32,000 nt of DNA from Halomicrobium mukohataei DSM 12286 (GTDB lineage: Archaea > Halobacteriota > Halobacteria > Halobacteriales > Haloarculaceae), in the NCBI RefSeq assembly GCF_000023965.1, contig NC_013202.1:1020001-1052000 (forward strand), read 5' to 3'. The notes beneath the pieces were generated by a model. It worked only from the letters and a program-made list of their open reading frames with translations, was not told the origin of the DNA and searched no databases. This document shows, in pieces, positions 27,652 through 32,000 of this stretch; within the stretch, counting starts at the first letter, position 1; every line of letters begins with the position of its first letter. A program made the position numbers and the translations under genes.

Positions 27652-28944
27652 ATGACTGACGACACCCAGGGGTTCGGAACGCGCTGTGTTCACGCCGGCC
27701 AGGAGGAGCCCGATCCGGCGACGGGCGCGCGTGCGCCACCGATCTACCAGACGACGTCGTACGTGTTCGAGGACGCCGACACCGCCGCCCAGCGGTACGC
27801 CCTCGACGACACCGGCAACGTCTACTCGCGGTTCGACAACCCGACGGTGTCGATGCTGGAGCGGCGGCTCGCGTCGCTGGAGAACGGGACCGCGGCGGTC
27901 GCCACGGGCTCGGGGATGGCCGCGCTCGACGCCGGCACGTCCATCCTCGCGAGCGCGGGCGACAACGTCGTCACGGCCGCCTCGATCTACGGGGGGACCC
28001 ACTCCTATCTGGCCAACATGGGACCTCGCCGCGGCATCGAGACGCGCTTCGTCGACACGCTCGACCCACAGGCCTACGCCGACGCCATCGACGACGACAC
28101 CGCCTACGTCCACTTCGAGACCATCGGGAACCCCTCGCTCGTGACGCCGCCGATGGAGGCGATCGCCGAGATCGCTCACGACCGTGGCGTCCCCGTCTTC
28201 GTCGACAACACCTTCGGCACGCCGTACCTCTGTAACCCGCTGGATCACGGCGTCGACCTCGTCTGGGAGTCGACGACCAAGTGGATCCACGGCTCGGGGA
28301 CGACCGTCGGCGGCGTCCTGGTCGACGGCGGCTCGTTCCCGTGGGCGGAGTACCCCGAGAAGTTCCCGGAGCTGGGGGCCCCCAATCCGGCCTTCGACGG
28401 GATCACCTTCGCCGAGCGCTTCGAGGGCGAGGCGTTCGCACACGCGGTCCGCCAGCGCGCCGTTCGCTCGCTGGGCGACGGCCAGAAGCCCTTCGATGCC
28501 TGGGCCACCCTCCAGGGGTGTGAGACGCTCAAGCTCCGGATGCAACAGCACTGCGAGTCGGCGATGGCCGTCGCCGAACACCTCCGGGACCACCCCGAGG
28601 TGGCGTGGGTCACCTACCCCGGCCTCGAGAGCCACGAGACCCACGACAACGCGAGCCGCTACCTCGACGGCGGTTACGGCGGCATCGTCACCTTCGGCCT
28701 GGAGGGGGGCTACGACGCCGGCCGCGAGGTGTGCGAGCGGACCGATCTCGCGCAGTTCCTCGCCAACATCGGCGACGCCAAGACGCTCGTGATCCACCCC
28801 GCGAGCACGACCCACGCACAGCTCAGCGAGGACGAACAGCGGGCCAGCGGCGTCACGCCGGACCTGATCCGCTGTAGCGTCGGCATCGAGGACACCGAGG
28901 ACGTCGTCGCCGACCTCGACCGCGCCATCGCGGAGGCCAGCTAA
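27652..28944 (+). CDS. metY: O-acetylhomoserine sulfhydrylase / aminocarboxypropyltransferase (Cys/Met-metabolism PLP enzyme)
   Basis: I prefer the ATG at 27652, in frame with track ORF 27625..28944 (MTDDTQGFGTRCVHAGQ...PPIYQTTSYVF). The PLP-lysine region is WESTTKWIHGSGTTVGGVLVDGG. The C-terminus is IRCSVGIED. Confidence 0.9.
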   Translation: MTDDTQGFGTRCVHAGQEEPDPATGARAPPIYQTTSYVFEDADTAAQRYALDDTGNVYSRFDNPTVSMLERRLASLENGTAAVATGSGMAALDAGTSILASAGDNVVTAASIYGGTHSYLANMGPRRGIETRFVDTLDPQAYADAIDDDTAYVHFETIGNPSLVTPPMEAIAEIAHDRGVPVFVDNTFGTPYLCNPLDHGVDLVWESTTKWIHGSGTTVGGVLVDGGSFPWAEYPEKFPELGAPNPAFDGITFAERFEGEAFAHAVRQRAVRSLGDGQKPFDAWATLQGCETLKLRMQQHCESAMAVAEHLRDHPEVAWVTYPGLESHETHDNASRYLDGGYGGIVTFGLEGGYDAGREVCERTDLAQFLANIGDAKTLVIHPASTTHAQLSEDEQRASGVTPDLIRCSVGIEDTEDVVADLDRAIAEAS

Positions 28945-28983
28945 TGTTTCGAGAGCAACGAGAAGACTGTCTCCGGAACAGAG

Positions 28984-29236
28984 ACACCGAAAGCCCTCGT
29001 ACAGTTCCGGTCCCGCGACTCCCTGCGCGCGCTCGCTTCGCTCGCGTGCTTGTGTCGTCGGGGTTCCCGGAACTGCACTCGCCCTTTCATCCGCCAGGCT
29101 CGTGGATAGCCCCACAGTCTACGCCCTGGCGGATGAAAGGGCGAGGCGCGTCTCGCGTCGTCTGTGCAGGCGCTATCCGAGCACTGCGAGGATATCCTGC
29201 ACAGACGGCGTCGAGCGGGTCGAGGGCTTTCGGTGT
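28984..29236. repeat. About 253-nt element made of nested perfect inverted repeats (structured RNA or MITE-like element) in the metY-metX spacer
   Basis: Perfect complementary pairs are 28984-28999 with 29221-29236 (16 bp), 29002-29010 with 29067-29075 (9 bp), 29079-29098 with 29125-29144 (20 bp), and 29161-29170 with 29196-29205 (10 bp). Confidence 0.7.
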
Positions 29237-29344
29237 GTTCACGAACGTAGCGAGTGACTGTTCGAACGCCGATCGAAGCGAGTCGTTCGGTACCTTCAGG
29301 TCGTTCGATACCCCTTGTGGAGAGACATCAACACGAGGCACACG

Positions 29345-30556
29345 ATGGACGTAGACCACCAGACCCTCTCGCTGGGCGAGTTCGAGTTCGCCTGTGGCGA
29401 GACGATCCCCGAGCTCGAAGTCGCCTACGAGACCTACGGCGAGTTCGACGGCGACAACGCCGTCCTCGTCTGTCACGCGCTCACCGGCAGCGCACACGTC
29501 GCCGGCCGCGGTCGCTTCGAAGACTCCGATCAGGCCTTCGCCTGGTGGGACAACATCGTCGGCCCGGGCAAGGCCATCGACACGACCGAGTACTACGTGA
29601 TCTGCGTGAACGACCCCGGCTCCTGTTATGGCACGTCCGGGCCGGCCTCGACGAACCCCGAGACGGGCGAGCCCTACGGGACGGCGTTCCCGCCGGTGAC
29701 CGTCGGCGACTGGACGGAGGCCCAGCGGGCCGTACTGGACGAGTTGGGGGTCCCCCACCTCCACGCGGTCGTCGGCGGTAGCGTCGGCGGCATGAACGCA
29801 CTGGACTGGGTCAAGCGCCATCCTGATCACGTCGAGCGCGTCGTCGCCATCGCCGCCGCCGCGCGACTCGATTCGCAGTGTCTCGCGCTGGACGGCATCG
29901 CCCGCCGAGCGATCACGACCGACGACGACTGGAACGGGGGCGACTACTACGGCGACGACCGCCCGGACCCGGACGACGGGCTGGCGCTGGCCCGGGAACT
30001 CGGCCACGTGATGTACCTCTCGAAGGCGACGATGGAGCAGCGCTTCGGCCGCCGGGCCGCCACGAGAGAGTACGAGCGAGCCTTCCCGACGGACCCGGCG
30101 GGCCGCTTTTTCCCCTACCGGGACGTGGAGTCCTATCTCGATCACAACGCCACGAAGTTCGTCGACCGCTTCGACGCCAACAGCTACCTCTACCTGACTC
30201 GGGCGATGGACAACTACGACCTCTCGTCGGGCTTCGAGTCCGACGCGGACGCCGTCGCCGCTTTCGACGGCGAGGCGCTGCTGATGTCCTTTACCGGCGA
30301 CTGGCACTTCACGACAGCACAGTCCGAGGAGCTGGCCGAGTCGTTCCGCGAGACCGACACCGCGACCGCACACCACGTGGTCGACTCCGACTACGGCCAC
30401 GACGCCTTCCTCGTCGAGCCCGATCGCGTCGGCCCGCCCGTCGCGGACTTCCTCGCTGACGGCGTCGGTGGCAGCGCCGTCTCCGACACCACCGACGACG
30501 ACGACGGCGACGACGGTCCCGACCACGCACCGGTCCACACGAGCCTCTTCTCGTGA
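29345..30556 (+). CDS. metX: Homoserine O-acetyltransferase
   Basis: I prefer the ATG at 29345, in frame with track ORF 29315..30556. The alpha/beta-hydrolase MetX motifs are [30 protein letters not shown] (nucleophile Ser) and [10 protein letters not shown] (Asp/His). Confidence 0.92.
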   Translation: MDVDHQTLSLGEFEFACGETIPELEVAYETYGEFDGDNAVLVCHALTGSAHVAGRGRFEDSDQAFAWWDNIVGPGKAIDTTEYYVICVNDPGSCYGTSGPASTNPETGEPYGTAFPPVTVGDWTEAQRAVLDELGVPHLHAVVGGSVGGMNALDWVKRHPDHVERVVAIAAAARLDSQCLALDGIARRAITTDDDWNGGDYYGDDRPDPDDGLALARELGHVMYLSKATMEQRFGRRAATREYERAFPTDPAGRFFPYRDVESYLDHNATKFVDRFDANSYLYLTRAMDNYDLSSGFESDADAVAAFDGEALLMSFTGDWHFTTAQSEELAESFRETDTATAHHVVDSDYGHDAFLVEPDRVGPPVADFLADGVGGSAVSDTTDDDDGDDGPDHAPVHTSLFS

Positions 30557-30616
30557 TCGGGACGAGCTGTTGTCCCAGTGACCTTTATTGGCGTGTGGTG
30601 TGAACTGTGTTACACA

Positions 30617-30919
30617 ATGTCAGAGATGCCAGACGCGGCCAGCGACATGGGACTGGGCTTCGGAGAGACCGTCTACGACGAGGACGGCCAACGGCTCGGC
30701 ACGATCCGCGGGTTCGACGAGCGGGGGTTCTACGTCACGCTCGACGGCGGCATGGCCGCCATGTCGATCGAACACGTCCGCGCCGGTGAGTCCGGCGAAG
30801 CCGAACTGATGTGGCGCTGCTGGGACTGTGGCGCGATGGGCGAGATCGAGGACATCCCCGAGGAGTGTCCCGACTGCGGTGCGCCAAAGGAGGACATCTA
30901 CTACTGGACGGAGGATTAG
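30617..30919 (+). CDS. Small acidic protein with a C-terminal rubredoxin-like zinc ribbon
   Basis: I used the internal ATG at 30617 of track ORF 30578..30919. The CxxC...CxxC motif is WRCWDCGAMGEIEDIPEECPDCGAPKEDIYYW. Confidence 0.65.
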   Translation: MSEMPDAASDMGLGFGETVYDEDGQRLGTIRGFDERGFYVTLDGGMAAMSIEHVRAGESGEAELMWRCWDCGAMGEIEDIPEECPDCGAPKEDIYYWTED

Positions 30920-31013
30920 GGGGCGGCCCGAGGGAACGAGGACCGGTCCGCGGAACAGACGAACGGCGACCGCGGGGAGCCAGCGCCCTGCGGACGGCGA
31001 CCTGTCGCCCCCG

Positions 31014-31493
31014 CTACGAGACGCCTTCGAGTCGCTCCCGCAGCGACGACGGCAGCGACGACTCGACGGCCTCAATCGCCTCGTCGGGCATGGCGAACGT
31101 GAACCGTTCGTCGCGCCGCGTGACGATCGCGAGTCCGTCGGCGTCTCGAACCACCAGCGTGCGGATCTCCGGGGACACGTCTGCCAGCGCGTCGAAGGTG
31201 TCGCCGGTCAGTGGAACCGATCCGGTGGTCTCCTCGTGGCCGACCGCCACGTCCGAGTGGGCAGCCAGATCGGCCAGCGCGTGGCGGACGCGGTCGCGGT
31301 CGTCGCGTCGGCCGGACCCCACGCGGACGGTGGCCGCGGCCGGTGATCGGGGGCTCTCGTCGAGCACCGTCGCCAGCAGCTCGATCGACGCCAGTTCCGG
31401 TGCCGTCGCCGGGACGACGAGACGGTACCGCGGCGTCTCGGCCGGCCACTCGGCGTCGTCGAGGGGCTCGTCGGAAGCGGATCCGTCGGTCAT
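31014..31493 (-). CDS. Hypothetical acidic protein (159 aa)
   Basis: I used the internal ATG at 31493-31491 of track ORF 31014..31667 (MTDGSASDEPLDDAEWPAETPRYRLVVP...). The upstream extension is Arg/Cys-rich. The gene is divergent from panE. Confidence 0.55.
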   Translation of the reverse strand: MTDGSASDEPLDDAEWPAETPRYRLVVPATAPELASIELLATVLDESPRSPAAATVRVGSGRRDDRDRVRHALADLAAHSDVAVGHEETTGSVPLTGDTFDALADVSPEIRTLVVRDADGLAIVTRRDERFTFAMPDEAIEAVESSLPSSLRERLEGVS

Positions 31494-31570
31494 ACCCGTC
31501 GTTGGCGACGGCGCGGCAAGTGGGTGGTGATCCCCGTCGCGTTTTTCAGCACCCGCGACGGAGTGGGCGC

Positions 31571-32000
31571 ATGGAGATCGTCGTCTTCGGAGCGGGCAGT
31601 CTCGGCAGTCTGATCGGGGGGCTGCTGGCACGCAGCCACGACGTGACTCTGGTCGGGCGCGAGCCACACGTCGGGACGGTCGAGCGGTCGGGGCTGGCGA
31701 TCGAGGGCGCGATCGACGCGCACGTGAGGCCGGCCGCGGGGACTACATCGCCCGCCGCGGCAGACCTCGCCGTCGTGACGGTCACGGCCGGCGACACCGA
31801 CGCCGCCGCCGCGGCGCTCTCTGACACGGCACTCGACGCCTGCCTCTCGCTGCAAAACGGCATGGGCAACGAGGCGACGCTCGCCGAGCGACTGGGCTGT
31901 CCCGTCCTCGCGGGCACCTGCACCTACGGCGCACGCCTGACCGAGCCCGGCGTGGTCGCGTGTACCGGCGTCGGCGAGGTCGTGCTGGGTCCCCGCGAGG
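31571..32000 (+). CDS. panE: 2-dehydropantoate 2-reductase (ketopantoate reductase, ApbA/PanE family), 5' part; it runs off the window
   Basis: It is not in the track because it has no stop in the window. The ATG at 31571 gives MEIVVFGAGSLGSLIGGLLARSHDVTLVGRE... (Rossmann GxGxxG), followed by ...LSLQNGMGNEATLAERLG..., which is typical of the family. Confidence 0.65.
   Translation, partial: MEIVVFGAGSLGSLIGGLLARSHDVTLVGREPHVGTVERSGLAIEGAIDAHVRPAAGTTSPAAADLAVVTVTAGDTDAAAAALSDTALDACLSLQNGMGNEATLAERLGCPVLAGTCTYGARLTEPGVVACTGVGEVVLGPRE

Noticed and set aside
28984-29236. Calling the nested-repeat element a definite mobile element (MITE/IS).
   Set aside because: I could see no target-site duplication at the ends, there is no second copy in this window, and there is no transposase anywhere in the 32 kb. 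I keep it as an unresolved repeat or structured element.
28944-29354. 136-aa + strand ORF spanning the metY-metX spacer, and the minus-strand ORFs 27619..29115 and 29087..30538.
   Set aside because: The spacer ORF is basic (Arg-rich) and is read straight through the perfect hairpins. The minus-strand ORFs are antisense to metY and metX.

Overview
The window looks like a chromosomal segment from a haloarchaeon (class Halobacteria). Supporting signs are roughly 65-70% GC, strongly acidic predicted proteins, a twin-arginine signal peptide, an Htr-type transducer, and TATA-like boxes about 27-30 nt upstream of several start codons, which suggests leaderless mRNAs. I support about 30 protein genes. 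Most long ORFs in the track are antisense or out-of-frame artefacts of the high GC content. Recognisable genes, in order: uvrC; an APC amino-acid permease followed by a separate tandem-Usp gene; a PH-like membrane protein; a block of small hypothetical genes; an Hsp20 gene coupled to a Gln-rich repeat gene; an ABC-2 transporter pair; NAD-dependent DNA ligase; a Tat-secreted beta-helix protein; an htr transducer coupled to a sensory-rhodopsin homologue; a class-V aminotransferase; a secreted DUF4397 protein; a MoxR ATPase; a PPOX-family protein; a four-gene transglutaminase/DUF58 membrane operon; metY and metX; a zinc-ribbon protein; a hypothetical gene; and the 5' end of panE. I found no rRNA, tRNA, CRISPR array or transposase. 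The most interesting observations are: (1) the opsin gene coupled to the htr has Arg in place of the retinal Schiff-base Lys and has also lost the helix-C and helix-F pocket motifs, so it appears to be a non-retinal 7TM sensor paired with a transducer. (2) A two-gene module encodes an almost acid-free Gln/Pro/Ala pentapeptide-repeat protein and an sHSP that carries its own Gln-rich N-terminal extension. (3) About 253 nt in the metY-metX spacer is built from four perfect nested inverted repeats. (4) A two-gene module of somewhat lower GC encodes a tail-anchored protein with an R-D-x3-H (HEPN-like) motif. All homology statements come from reading the sequence by eye and from memory. No database search was run.
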